NCBI RefSeq assembly: GCF_000011125.1 | Contig: NC_000854.2 | Coordinates: 30,001-62,000 of the forward strand | Length of the DNA: 32,000 nucleotides | From: Aeropyrum pernix K1 | GTDB taxonomy: Archaea > Thermoproteota > Thermoprotei_A > Sulfolobales > Acidilobaceae | Direction of reading: 5' to 3' | Shown here: one piece after another, positions 19,154-27,822 of the stretch | Numbering within the stretch: position 1 is the stretch's first letter | Layout: every line of letters begins with the position of its first letter | Program-made: the position numbers and the translations under genes | The notes under the pieces: model-generated | Seen by the model: only the letters and a program-made list of their open reading frames with translations | The model's database searches: none | Told to the model about the DNA's origin: nothing

Positions 19154-19264
19154 AGGCTGGGGGGAGGCGCGCTGTGGATGCCCCTACCCTGGGAGCCGAT
19201 TCCCCAGGTTCAATAGTCGGGGGTGTGGTGATGTGGTCCTCTCCCGAAGCGCCTCCCCCAGCTT
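19154..19264 (+). ncRNA. Candidate structured RNA or 5' leader upstream of the ccmC-like gene
   Basis: Outer stem AGGCTGGGGGGAGGCGC/GCGCCTCCCCCAGCTT (16 bp, one bulged G) closes an inner stem ATGCCCC/GGGGTGT and hairpin CCTGGG-AGCCGATTC-CCCAGG. The strand is assumed from the downstream gene. Confidence 0.45.
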
Positions 19265-19293
19265 GCGCCAGGATTCGGGTTGGGTGCTGAAGC

Positions 19294-20331
19294 GTGGCTA
19301 GACTAACAAATGCTATACCATTTATCGCTGTTAGCATTATCATAGCTGATCTTGCTATAGCTGTCTACGCGGCGTATGAAGGGCCTTTTCCCGCCGTCGT
19401 ACCGTTAGGATCCCCCCTGGCATATAGAAACATATATATTCATCCGCCCGTAGCCTTCACAACCTACATAATATTCGGTCTTGCAGGCCTGGCCAGCGCC
19501 CTATACCTCTGGAGGAGGGATGTTAGGTTCTCTAGGCTAGCTCTCTACGCCGCAGGACTAGGCGTCATCTACGGCTTCACTACTCTGGCTACAGGTATTG
19601 CATGGGCTAGCGAGTCGTGGGGTGCTCCCTGGAGCTGGGATCCTAAGCAGACTGCCGTTCTTCTCATGCTGCTAGCATACCTAGGCTACTTCCCCCTCAG
19701 GAGTAGCATAGGGGATCCGGAGAGGCGGGAGCTCGTCTCGAGCGTATACCTTGTAGCCTCCCTCAGCCTTGTCATCCTAAGTATACTAGCCAATAGGGTG
19801 CTTGAGAGTCTTCACCCGACTGGAGAGGCGGTAAGGGATTTTGCTTCCGACTTCCAGGCTGGATGGATGTTCGGGGCACGCATGATACTTGCTATAGGAA
19901 CTGGGCTTTCTATGATTGTTCTATCCTACATGAAAACAGGCCTCCCGCGACCCCTGCTCACTCTAGTAGCTATTGCAGCGCTCCTTTCACTGGCCTCAGC
20001 GGTCTATATGGCGGCGCCCCTACTCGAGGGAGAGTATTATAGAGTTGTGAATGCTGAGGTGGGAAGCAACGGGCTGGTATACTCGATAACGGTTGTGAAG
20101 AGCGACGGGAGCGAAGAGACCATCAGATTTTCTACCCCGGTTGAATCTCCCGTAAAACCAGCTACAACTACTGACGGTAGACCCACTTTGACAGGACACA
20201 TAATAGTTCTGAGCGGCGACGGTTCGCTACGGGTTCTACCTCACTGGAGTACGCCTCTAAGCCTTGCACTATACACGATAGCCGTCTTAGCAGGGGTAGA
20301 AATCGCCCGGAGATCCAGCAAGGGTGGTTAG
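19294..20331 (+). CDS. ccmC: Cytochrome c assembly protein, CcmC/CcsA-like haem handling membrane protein
   Basis: TM protein with tryptophan-rich WASESWGAPWSWDPKQTAVLLMLLAYLGYFPLRS (WWD-type motif); conserved His in RVLESLHPTG; GTG start. Confidence 0.85.
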   Translation: MARLTNAIPFIAVSIIIADLAIAVYAAYEGPFPAVVPLGSPLAYRNIYIHPPVAFTTYIIFGLAGLASALYLWRRDVRFSRLALYAAGLGVIYGFTTLATGIAWASESWGAPWSWDPKQTAVLLMLLAYLGYFPLRSSIGDPERRELVSSVYLVASLSLVILSILANRVLESLHPTGEAVRDFASDFQAGWMFGARMILAIGTGLSMIVLSYMKTGLPRPLLTLVAIAALLSLASAVYMAAPLLEGEYYRVVNAEVGSNGLVYSITVVKSDGSEETIRFSTPVESPVKPATTTDGRPTLTGHIIVLSGDGSLRVLPHWSTPLSLALYTIAVLAGVEIARRSSKGG

Positions 20332-20391
20332 CGGGTAAGACGGAAACATACCCAAACCCCCCTTCTCTAAACACTCGCGGTAACTGGTTTA

Positions 20392-22197
20392 TTGGGGCCT
20401 GGAGCGTTGATTCCCGCTATAGAGAGGCTGGGTAGGAGTGAGGTTGTAGAGATCTCAGCGAGGTCCTCGGATCTCGAGTGGGGGAGAAGAAGACCGGAGT
20501 ACAGCATCTTCTGGTGGCCTGGTCGTAGGCTTGTGGGAGGTGTTAGAGCGGTACTGGCGGCACTTTCAGTCCCCGATCCAGGTGTTGTAGTAGATGCGGT
20601 GGATGGTAGAGGGTTCGAAAAGATTAGAAGTTATACTTCAGGTAAGCTGATTGTGGACCCATTCTCGGGAGGAGGCACTATACCTCTTGAAGCGTCTAGG
20701 ATGGGGTATAAGGCCATAGGCCTTGACTCCAACCCATATGCAGTGAGCGTCGCCAAGGCCTCCTCAACACTCCTCGACGGGAGATGTAGGGGAAAGGCGG
20801 TTTGCCTTTTGGAGGCTGCACAGAGGGCTTGGAGGAAGGTATCGAGTCTGTGGTGTGGGGACTGGTTTTGTATTATACATATATTGCTTGCCAGATGCCC
20901 GCCATGCGAGGCTCCTGCATGGGTTTCTAGGTGGCGGAATGGATCATACTTAGTGTTAGATGAAGGTGGTTTGAAGACGGTATCGGGCATCAGAGTAACA
21001 CCCAACAAGCCGAGGGTGAGCCTGCCAGAGGGGCTGCCGGAAGAGGCGCCTGGGTATGTCGCATACGCTGCAGAGGTCCTCACTCCAAAGGGCAGGAGGT
21101 GGGTTTACCTGGGCGACGGGAAGCTGGGAGAAATGGTGGCGAAATACTTGAGATCAACACTGCCGGCTGCACGGAGCCTTACAGAAGCTCTCAGCGGATT
21201 CCCCGTTCCCCCCGGGAAGGAGACTTCAAAGCTGTTGGCGTCAGGGATATCGGATTTCAAATATTTATATACCCCAAGACAGCTTGCAACAATCTCAGCT
21301 TTCCTAGGCGAGGCGGCACAGGCAGACTGCAGCCTCGAGGCTGCATGCATAGCAGGCTCCTCCTCCAGAGCAGCTAGCCTCCTCGCCATGTACTACCAGC
21401 CAGCCCGAAGGGTTAACCTAGCTTTCGTTCTGAAAACGTACTGGCTCCCGATAAATCCTGTAGAGCTGAATCCCCTCGCCAACACATGCATGCCAGAAAC
21501 TCCGAGAATACACTGCAAGCCAGTAGGCCGCGGCGGTATTTGGGGCCTTATAAAACGGTATATACGTGGCTGCGGCGAGAGCGGGAGTAGCCCAGAGTTC
21601 AGGGTTTGGGATTCCCATAGAGGGTTGCCCGAGGGTATCAGGCCTTACGCGGTAGTGACGGACCCTCCCTACCCTGGTATGCAAAGCTACGGCCAGCTCA
21701 GTCTCGTGTACAGTCTCCCCCATGTGCTGTCCGGTCTTCCGGCTCCTCACTCGTGGAGTGAGATAGACAGCATGTCCAGGTCTTACGTGGAGGATCTATC
21801 ACGGGCTCTAAGCGCCTCAGGAAGCCTCGTAGAGTCTGGCGGTTACATGGTCCTCCTCCTCTCCTCGGGAACTAACAGGGGGGCCACCATCATTGCCAGG
21901 CTAGTCTACAGCCTGGCCAACGATAGCCTAAAGCTAGTAACAATCCTACCTTTAGCGGGAGAATCCCCAGGGAGGCTGGGGAGGAGTCTAAACAAAGTCG
22001 TGTATGTCGTTGTCTTCAAACGGGGTACACCATATTCGAGGAACCCTCTAAAGCCTCTAGAGTGGACGGCTGAGGTAGCGGAGGCAGCTGGCTACGGGCC
22101 AAAGGAGGCTAGTGTTTCTAGAGAGATAGCCTCTATCCTAGCATCAAAGCTCGAGGACCTACTTGAAACTAGCTCCCAGTGCTGCCGCCAATATTAG
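20392..22197 (+). CDS. COG1743/DUF1156-like putative adenine-specific DNA methylase
   Basis: SIFWWPGRRLVGGVRAVL, AdoMet motif LIVDPFSGGGTIPLEASRMGYKAIGLDSNPYAVSVAKA and catalytic TDPPYPGMQSY; TTG start. Confidence 0.75.
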   Translation: MGPGALIPAIERLGRSEVVEISARSSDLEWGRRRPEYSIFWWPGRRLVGGVRAVLAALSVPDPGVVVDAVDGRGFEKIRSYTSGKLIVDPFSGGGTIPLEASRMGYKAIGLDSNPYAVSVAKASSTLLDGRCRGKAVCLLEAAQRAWRKVSSLWCGDWFCIIHILLARCPPCEAPAWVSRWRNGSYLVLDEGGLKTVSGIRVTPNKPRVSLPEGLPEEAPGYVAYAAEVLTPKGRRWVYLGDGKLGEMVAKYLRSTLPAARSLTEALSGFPVPPGKETSKLLASGISDFKYLYTPRQLATISAFLGEAAQADCSLEAACIAGSSSRAASLLAMYYQPARRVNLAFVLKTYWLPINPVELNPLANTCMPETPRIHCKPVGRGGIWGLIKRYIRGCGESGSSPEFRVWDSHRGLPEGIRPYAVVTDPPYPGMQSYGQLSLVYSLPHVLSGLPAPHSWSEIDSMSRSYVEDLSRALSASGSLVESGGYMVLLLSSGTNRGATIIARLVYSLANDSLKLVTILPLAGESPGRLGRSLNKVVYVVVFKRGTPYSRNPLKPLEWTAEVAEAAGYGPKEASVSREIASILASKLEDLLETSSQCCRQY

Positions 22198-23010
22198 AAC
22201 CCCTCCAAGAGCCTGAAGGGCTGTGAGGTCCTCGCCAAGCAAAAGCACAGCGAGAAGTACCGCGGACAACGGCTCTATAAGACTCATGACCGACACCCTG
22301 TGTGCCTCTATCCTACGGAGAGCGTACACGTTAAGTAAATATGGAGTCACCATGGTGAAGACCGCGAAGTATATTGAAGCGGCCACCTCAACCGAGTTAG
22401 GAGGAAGGCTGGGCTTCAATGCCACGCCTAGAAGAGGGCCCGTAAGTGCTATGGGAGCAAGGCTCACCTCCATAACGCCCGCCCCCCTACTCTGGAAAAA
22501 CCTTGCCATCACTATGTAGAGCGCGTAGAAGAAGCCGGAAGCAACGCCCAGTACTATCCCAAGAAGCCGTAGCTCCCCAGCCTTACCCTCACCTCCCAGA
22601 GATACAAGGGCCGCCCCTGCAAGACCAAGGATTATAGTGACAACATCCCTAACACTCGGGGTCTCACCCAGAAAAACCGTGCCCAACAATGCAACCCAGG
22701 CGGGAGCAGTGTAGAGCAGCAGGCTTGCAACAGCAGCCCCCACAATACTAACAGACATCATATAAGTGTAGTAGAGGGGGGCAAGACCGAGGACCGCTAC
22801 CGCAAAGCTCCTCCTAGTAGGCACAGCACGATAAATAGCCAGTAAGGCTAGGGCTAGGAGAGAGCCCCCTAGTGTCCTCCCAACAATAAGGGTTTCGGTA
22901 TCGGCTCCACGGGCCTCAGCAAGTCTTTGGACAACACCTATGGTGCTCCATAGGAGAGCGGCAGTCAAGGCAGCAGCAACGCCAAGCAGCTCTGAGGACC
23001 TCCTGTCCAT
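22159..23010 (-). CDS. EamA/DMT-superfamily transporter
   Basis: About 10 TM helices; ALLWSTIGVVQRLAE, LYTAPAWVALLGTVFLGE, SVMSLIEPLSAVLLAVLLLGEDLTALQALGGVLILAA. ATG at 23010 (MDRRSSELLG) preferred over the 23049 start. Confidence 0.88.
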   Translation of the reverse strand: MDRRSSELLGVAAALTAALLWSTIGVVQRLAEARGADTETLIVGRTLGGSLLALALLAIYRAVPTRRSFAVAVLGLAPLYYTYMMSVSIVGAAVASLLLYTAPAWVALLGTVFLGETPSVRDVVTIILGLAGAALVSLGGEGKAGELRLLGIVLGVASGFFYALYIVMARFFQSRGAGVMEVSLAPIALTGPLLGVALKPSLPPNSVEVAASIYFAVFTMVTPYLLNVYALRRIEAHRVSVMSLIEPLSAVLLAVLLLGEDLTALQALGGVLILAAALGASFK

Positions 23011-23275
23011 CCCGCAACCACACCCATACAGCCAGACGCCCACACTCACCGCACCATCTTCGTCTAGCAGACTTCACCCGCCCTTCCTGCACCGGATACA
23101 CTGGTAATCTAGCTATGCGGCAGCACTTTACTTGTTCCCACATCAAGTGTTTTCCATAGGCTAAACTTCTATAAAATCGATCCTATTAATGGATACCTAA
23201 TTATGAATACCCTGGCCTATAACCTATAATAACATAGGAAATAGTAGAACCGTATGGAAACTTAAGTTTTGACGT

Positions 23276-23791
23276 ATGTCCTCTGAACCCCGATGGGTGT
23301 CAGGTTTGAGCCTAAACTACTGTATGGTAATAACGAGCGATAAGGTGTATGCAGGTTTGAAGGAGGATAGGATTACTCCCTTAGTCTCTTCCACATTAGA
23401 GTCTCGAGGCCGAAGGCTGGCTGCTGTTACTAAAGTGCGAAACACTTTCGAGGAAATCGTAAGCACAATAGCCTCTATGGCTTCAAGGCGTGAGTGCGAC
23501 ATAATCTTGGTAACGGGGGGCACAGGTCCGGGGCCTCGTGATGTGACGGCGGACGCTGTTTCGAGACTAGCTATTTATACGCTACCCGGCTATGGGGAGG
23601 AGTTTAGGAGGCTGAGCGCCAGCGAGGTAGGCCCCCGCGGCCTCCTCTCAAGAGCAGAAGCATATGTCTTGCCCGGGGGGACACCTGTATTCACAACACC
23701 AGGCAACCCCGGAGCCGTCTCCCTGGCTTTAAAAATAATCCTGGGTCTCGACACGCATCTTGTAGATCAGCTGAAGGGCAAAGGCCACTAG
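23276..23791 (+). CDS. moaB: Molybdenum cofactor biosynthesis protein, MoaB/MogA family
   Basis: VITSDKVYAG, IILVTGGTGPGPRDVT, RAEAYVLPGGTPVFTTPGNPGAVSLAL. Confidence 0.9.
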   Translation: MSSEPRWVSGLSLNYCMVITSDKVYAGLKEDRITPLVSSTLESRGRRLAAVTKVRNTFEEIVSTIASMASRRECDIILVTGGTGPGPRDVTADAVSRLAIYTLPGYGEEFRRLSASEVGPRGLLSRAEAYVLPGGTPVFTTPGNPGAVSLALKIILGLDTHLVDQLKGKGH

Positions 23792-24015
23792 CCACGCCTT
23801 CTATTCTTCGCTGCCCAATATCTGGCATAGCTGGTTCTAATCTCTGCAATGAGAGCAAGCCACTCAGCTGCTTCCACATCTCCCTCCTCTAGAGCCTTCT
23901 CAGCGGCCCTAACAAGGGGCCATACATTTTTTGAGAAGGGCTCGAGACTTTCAAGCTCTTCTTTTATACTCGCGAGCCTACTCTTTAGGAGTCCGCTCCC
24001 CAAAGGCATGAGCAC
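23788..24015 (-). CDS. Small hypothetical alpha-helical protein
   Basis: Compact 75-codon ORF with an amphipathic composition (RAAEKALEEGDVEAAEWLALIAEIRTSYARYW); fills the gap between genes; ends 4 nt inside moaB. Confidence 0.5.
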   Translation of the reverse strand: MLMPLGSGLLKSRLASIKEELESLEPFSKNVWPLVRAAEKALEEGDVEAAEWLALIAEIRTSYARYWAAKNRRRG

Positions 24016-24128
24016 ATCCCCGATACTTGTTAAGGAGTGGTGGATAGCGGGCCCCGGGAGTGCGAATGTGTTCTTAGAGGTTTACCGATATAAACCTTGT
24101 CCGATCTCCATCACTAGCGGGACCTGTC

Positions 24129-24527
24129 ATGGAGAGAAGAGAGGACGTAATAGTTGGCAAACACGTATACGGCAGCCTATATGGTGTTCCAAGGGAGAAG
24201 GCTACCGATGAAGAGTATCTTCGAGGCGTTGTGGTCAGGGCTGCGGAGTCTGCGGGGGCGACTGTCCACGCTGTCAACTCGTGGACTATTCCGGGGGAAA
24301 AGGGGGGTGTCTCGGTTATCGTGCTAGTGCTAGAGAGCCATCTAGCTCTCCACACATGGCCGGAGTATGACTATGCTACATTTGATATCTACACCTGTGG
24401 AGAGCACACTGACCCCTGGAAGGCCTTCGAGCTACTGCTCTCAGAGCTGAAGCCCCGGAAATACACGGTACACTATGTTGACAGGAGCCAGGAGAAGACA
24501 GTTTTGGAGGCTCAACCGCGGAGGTAA
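24129..24527 (+). CDS. speH: SpeH-type pyruvoyl proenzyme: S-adenosylmethionine decarboxylase or crenarchaeal arginine decarboxylase paralogue
   Basis: GKHVYGSLYGV, LESHLALHTWPEYDYATFDIYTCGEHTDPWKAFELL: ES^H processing site and HTWPE...TCG signature. Confidence 0.88.
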   Translation: MERREDVIVGKHVYGSLYGVPREKATDEEYLRGVVVRAAESAGATVHAVNSWTIPGEKGGVSVIVLVLESHLALHTWPEYDYATFDIYTCGEHTDPWKAFELLLSELKPRKYTVHYVDRSQEKTVLEAQPRR

Positions 24528-26596
24528 ATTGACGAGAAGTCAGTATGCATTGTGACGGGTTTACCAGTCGCCGCCAGCACATATCCTCCCCGGAATACAA
24601 AGCTTGTAACGATCATATACCTATCCATAAGGTAGGGTACCGCGTCCTTCACGTCCGCGGGGATGCTAAGTTTTTCCAGGTGAGCCTTCTCCGTTCTCAG
24701 GACTATTTTAGTGTTAGAGAGTTGGAGTATTATATCGTGTAGATCGTTCGGGCTGTGTGTGCTAAACACGAATCCTATACCCCTCGCCCTTCCGAGCCTC
24801 GCCATTGAGGATATCATTGAGGCAACCTGTCTGCTCGCCTCCTGCTCCTCGTATCCTCCCCTTTCCTGTGGAAAGAACTGGTGTGCCTCGTCAATGATTA
24901 TTAGCAACTGTTTACTAACCCTCCTCCTAGCCCACTCGTCCTGCCTCATCCTGAGAATGCTCTGCAACACCCTGTACCCGAGAATCCTTGGAGCGAAGAC
25001 AGAGCTGCCGGATCTTGAAGCCAGCCAAGCTAGATCTACCACTACAGGAGCTCTCGCATCTGCCGCCAGCTCAATGATGAATCTCCAACTAGGCTCCAGA
25101 AGAACCCTTATCCTGCTATTCTCCACGATGGAAACGTCTACAACACCACTATCCATGAGACCCTGTATTTTCCTGTAAAGAGCCTCAGCAGTGCTCCTAT
25201 GAGGACGTATCGATGAGAGTATTTCCAGAACGAGGTCAACTAGACTCCTCATTCCGAGACCCAAAGGCTCAACCCTTGCCTGTGACAGGTTAGAGCCTCC
25301 CCCAAGTCCAACCATGAAAGCCGACATCGACTCCAAACTAGAGCTGACGACATCCTCAATCTCCGAGTTGCGTCGGGAGGCTTCTATGTAGGCAGAGAGC
25401 GCTGAAGAGAGGACATATAGGGGCGGATAGCCCGCCCTCCCGGAATACCTGTAAAACCGTTCTCTCAAAGACCTAAGTAGCTCTAGGGAGAGTCTAGTCA
25501 TGCCTGGGGCAAGCTGCGAGAGGCTCTCCCCTGGCATGTTACCACGCCTTACGCTATCGATGAAATAGGGCACTATGATGAAGGGAAGCCTATCTGACTC
25601 GCACCTCACACCCTCAGGCCTCTCTATGCAATTCCACTTTCCACCACTGGATACTAGCTGAGACAACACATCCTCATGGTAGAGCTGGGCAACGCCAGAG
25701 TAAATGTTCCTGTCTAGCTCGAGCGCATCAGAAGCAGCGTCAACACTGACAGGAACAACTATGACAGTTTTCCTTGGAGGCCTAACACTCCTGAGAACCT
25801 CTAGGTCACTCTCTCCCCTGGAGGGGATGGGTAGTTGAATGAAATCGGAGTTCATATCAAGGATAATGGGTACAATAAAATCTCCATCCTCGCTCGTTAA
25901 GGATGCTATCATGTTTTTAAGAAGCGTAGTCTTCCCGCTACCCGTCGTCCCAATAACGAGTGTGTGGTGCAGTAGAGCCTTGTATGGTAGCCTTACCGCC
26001 ACAGACCCGCCTTTCACAGGTCCATAAAGGCTCGAGAGGGCCCCCAACAAGACGCCTCCTCCAGGCAGCCCCAACATGTATCTGAGTGTCTCTGGGCTGG
26101 GATCAAACACGGGGCTCTGAGGCTCGATAGGCGTCGAGACGGGCCTAGGCTCGAGACCAGAATCCGGATCCGCTTCCAGGAGGAGCCTAACACCAGCTAT
26201 GGGGCTCGTTAATATCGACTCAGGGCTAGTAGGACCCGGGGAGCTGTTTGGAGTGAGAGGGACGTCAACACCTGCAAGAGCAAGCTCGTCAGCCCGCTTG
26301 ATAGTTGATACCACGCCCAGAATAATGTGGAGGGTCTTAGGGTCAACTATACATAGGTAGTCGCCAATCCTAACGCCGCCGCGGCTAAAATACTTTACAG
26401 TATCAACTTCAACTTCGACGATAGAGCCTGGGGAAGTCGTCACAGGGCTATACCGGGTAACCCTCCCCACAACCTCACCCATCCTGTTGGCCTTACTATA
26501 GGCGCTGTGAATCCTCTCGGACATGATCGACAAGTCGAGTTCGCTTCTAGATACTGTTCTTGACCCGCCCTCACCTATGTAACCGTCCTCCACCAC
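24512..26596 (-). CDS. herA: HerA-like bipolar DNA helicase/translocase ATPase
   Basis: Walker A VIGTTGSGKTTLLKNMI; Walker B LLIIIDEAHQFFP; VASMISSMARLGRARGIGFVFSTHSPNDLHDIILQLSNTKIVLR. Confidence 0.88.
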   Translation of the reverse strand: MVEDGYIGEGGSRTVSRSELDLSIMSERIHSAYSKANRMGEVVGRVTRYSPVTTSPGSIVEVEVDTVKYFSRGGVRIGDYLCIVDPKTLHIILGVVSTIKRADELALAGVDVPLTPNSSPGPTSPESILTSPIAGVRLLLEADPDSGLEPRPVSTPIEPQSPVFDPSPETLRYMLGLPGGGVLLGALSSLYGPVKGGSVAVRLPYKALLHHTLVIGTTGSGKTTLLKNMIASLTSEDGDFIVPIILDMNSDFIQLPIPSRGESDLEVLRSVRPPRKTVIVVPVSVDAASDALELDRNIYSGVAQLYHEDVLSQLVSSGGKWNCIERPEGVRCESDRLPFIIVPYFIDSVRRGNMPGESLSQLAPGMTRLSLELLRSLRERFYRYSGRAGYPPLYVLSSALSAYIEASRRNSEIEDVVSSSLESMSAFMVGLGGGSNLSQARVEPLGLGMRSLVDLVLEILSSIRPHRSTAEALYRKIQGLMDSGVVDVSIVENSRIRVLLEPSWRFIIELAADARAPVVVDLAWLASRSGSSVFAPRILGYRVLQSILRMRQDEWARRRVSKQLLIIIDEAHQFFPQERGGYEEQEASRQVASMISSMARLGRARGIGFVFSTHSPNDLHDIILQLSNTKIVLRTEKAHLEKLSIPADVKDAVPYLMDRYMIVTSFVFRGGYVLAATGKPVTMHTDFSSIYLRG

Positions 26597-27759
26597 ACAT
26601 CACCTTCAAACAACATTGAATAGCTAACCCTAGCTCCCTTGCTCTTCAGGCCTGATAGGACTATCCGTTTTAAGGCCATGCTTATGCTTCTAGCTCTCCT
26701 GTCGCTCCTCGCGAGAGTAACCGGCTCCAGAGACCCTCTAAGCAGCGTCTCGCTGAGAACAATGTGATAAGGCCTAAACCCATAGCCTTCGAGCAGCCTC
26801 AAACTATGCCTAGTATACTCTATCCTATACACCCTCCTTTTCGGAGAGAAGAGCTGGTAACGCCCACCAGGGAGAATCAGATATTCAAAGAGCTTCTCAT
26901 CTCCATTTCCATATACAACTCTGGAGAGGAGCGACTTGAGCGCATAACCAGGCCTCCACTTATGGCATCCATACCCAACGGCCGCTTCTATAATTGCCGA
27001 GTCAGAAGCTCTGGGAGCAAAACCAAGGCAATCTTCCAACAATTCAAGATAAGCGTTTGCTCGAGAGAGTAGTGTAGACGCTTCTATTCTCTTGACATAA
27101 CCAATAACAGGGACTCCAAGAGCCTCGATACTGGCTATAATTCTTTGCCTCTCCCTATACAGCTCGCTCCACACATCCCCGATACGAGTTGAGAGCTTCG
27201 CCAGAATACTCCCGTTCAGTATGGGACCGTCAATAATTACCGCTGACGCATAATCTTCAGGATAGCGATCTTCTATTAGCCTCTCCAGTAGGTAAGATAA
27301 CATTGCGTTCTCTAGAGAAAACCGGAGTATATCAGAGTAAGCATCCCCAAGGTGGGGGTCTGGCTCGCCCGCAAGGTTAAGCCTGTCTAAGACTAGGTAT
27401 GGTCTAATGTTAAGACTCACTAATGGCTTCTCGAAAGAAGGATAATCAGCCTCGAGCCTCTTTAGCCTGCTGCTCAGGGAAACAGCTCCTATTAGAATCA
27501 GATGTAGAGGTGTTTCGACTGTTCTACTACTCGAGTCAATCGCGTAAACATCACCCAGGGAGCCTGCCTCCTTTATTTTTACTGTTTTTAACGGGTAGGA
27601 ATAGTATTCTTCTATGATCACGTTCTCGACATCCTCGATTCCCTCTTCGGATATTATCATGAGATCCTCTAGGCTCAACGGTCTGTTTGATAGTCTGGCC
27701 TCGCCTAATTTTCCTGTCACTGTGCTGGCGATCTCGCTGACCACTTCTATGGCTAACAA
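26575..27759 (-). CDS. nurA: NurA domain nuclease, partner of HerA
   Basis: YAIDSSSRTVETPLHLILIGAVS (NurA catalytic Asp motif), SAVIIDGPILNG, VIGYVKR; overlaps the downstream herA-like gene by 22 nt. Confidence 0.8.
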   Translation of the reverse strand: MLAIEVVSEIASTVTGKLGEARLSNRPLSLEDLMIISEEGIEDVENVIIEEYYSYPLKTVKIKEAGSLGDVYAIDSSSRTVETPLHLILIGAVSLSSRLKRLEADYPSFEKPLVSLNIRPYLVLDRLNLAGEPDPHLGDAYSDILRFSLENAMLSYLLERLIEDRYPEDYASAVIIDGPILNGSILAKLSTRIGDVWSELYRERQRIIASIEALGVPVIGYVKRIEASTLLSRANAYLELLEDCLGFAPRASDSAIIEAAVGYGCHKWRPGYALKSLLSRVVYGNGDEKLFEYLILPGGRYQLFSPKRRVYRIEYTRHSLRLLEGYGFRPYHIVLSETLLRGSLEPVTLARSDRRARSISMALKRIVLSGLKSKGARVSYSMLFEGDVWWRTVT

Positions 27760-27822
27760 CCCGCGGGCCCCAGAGTCATAATAAATGGTATTACCGTAAA
27801 AGACTAGAGCTAAGAGTCGAGT

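Noticed and set aside
19181-19225. tRNA T-arm-like string CCCCAGGTTCAATAGTCGGGGG
   Set aside because: The GGTTCAA resembles a T-loop, but the flanking 5-bp T-stem does not pair and no acceptor, D or anticodon arms could be found.
19101-19343. Minus-strand ORF of 79 codons covering the ccmC leader region
   Set aside because: It overlaps the start of the well-supported ccmC gene, has no recognisable domain, and coincides with the strongly structured non-coding segment; probably chance.
23223-23238. CCTAT-AATAAC-ATAGG short inverted repeat upstream of moaB
   Set aside because: Only 5-bp arms in AT-rich DNA; expected by chance.
24711-25178. Plus-strand 155-codon ORF inside the herA-like gene
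   Set aside because: Antisense to strongly conserved Walker B/HerA motifs; the translation has no domain signature.
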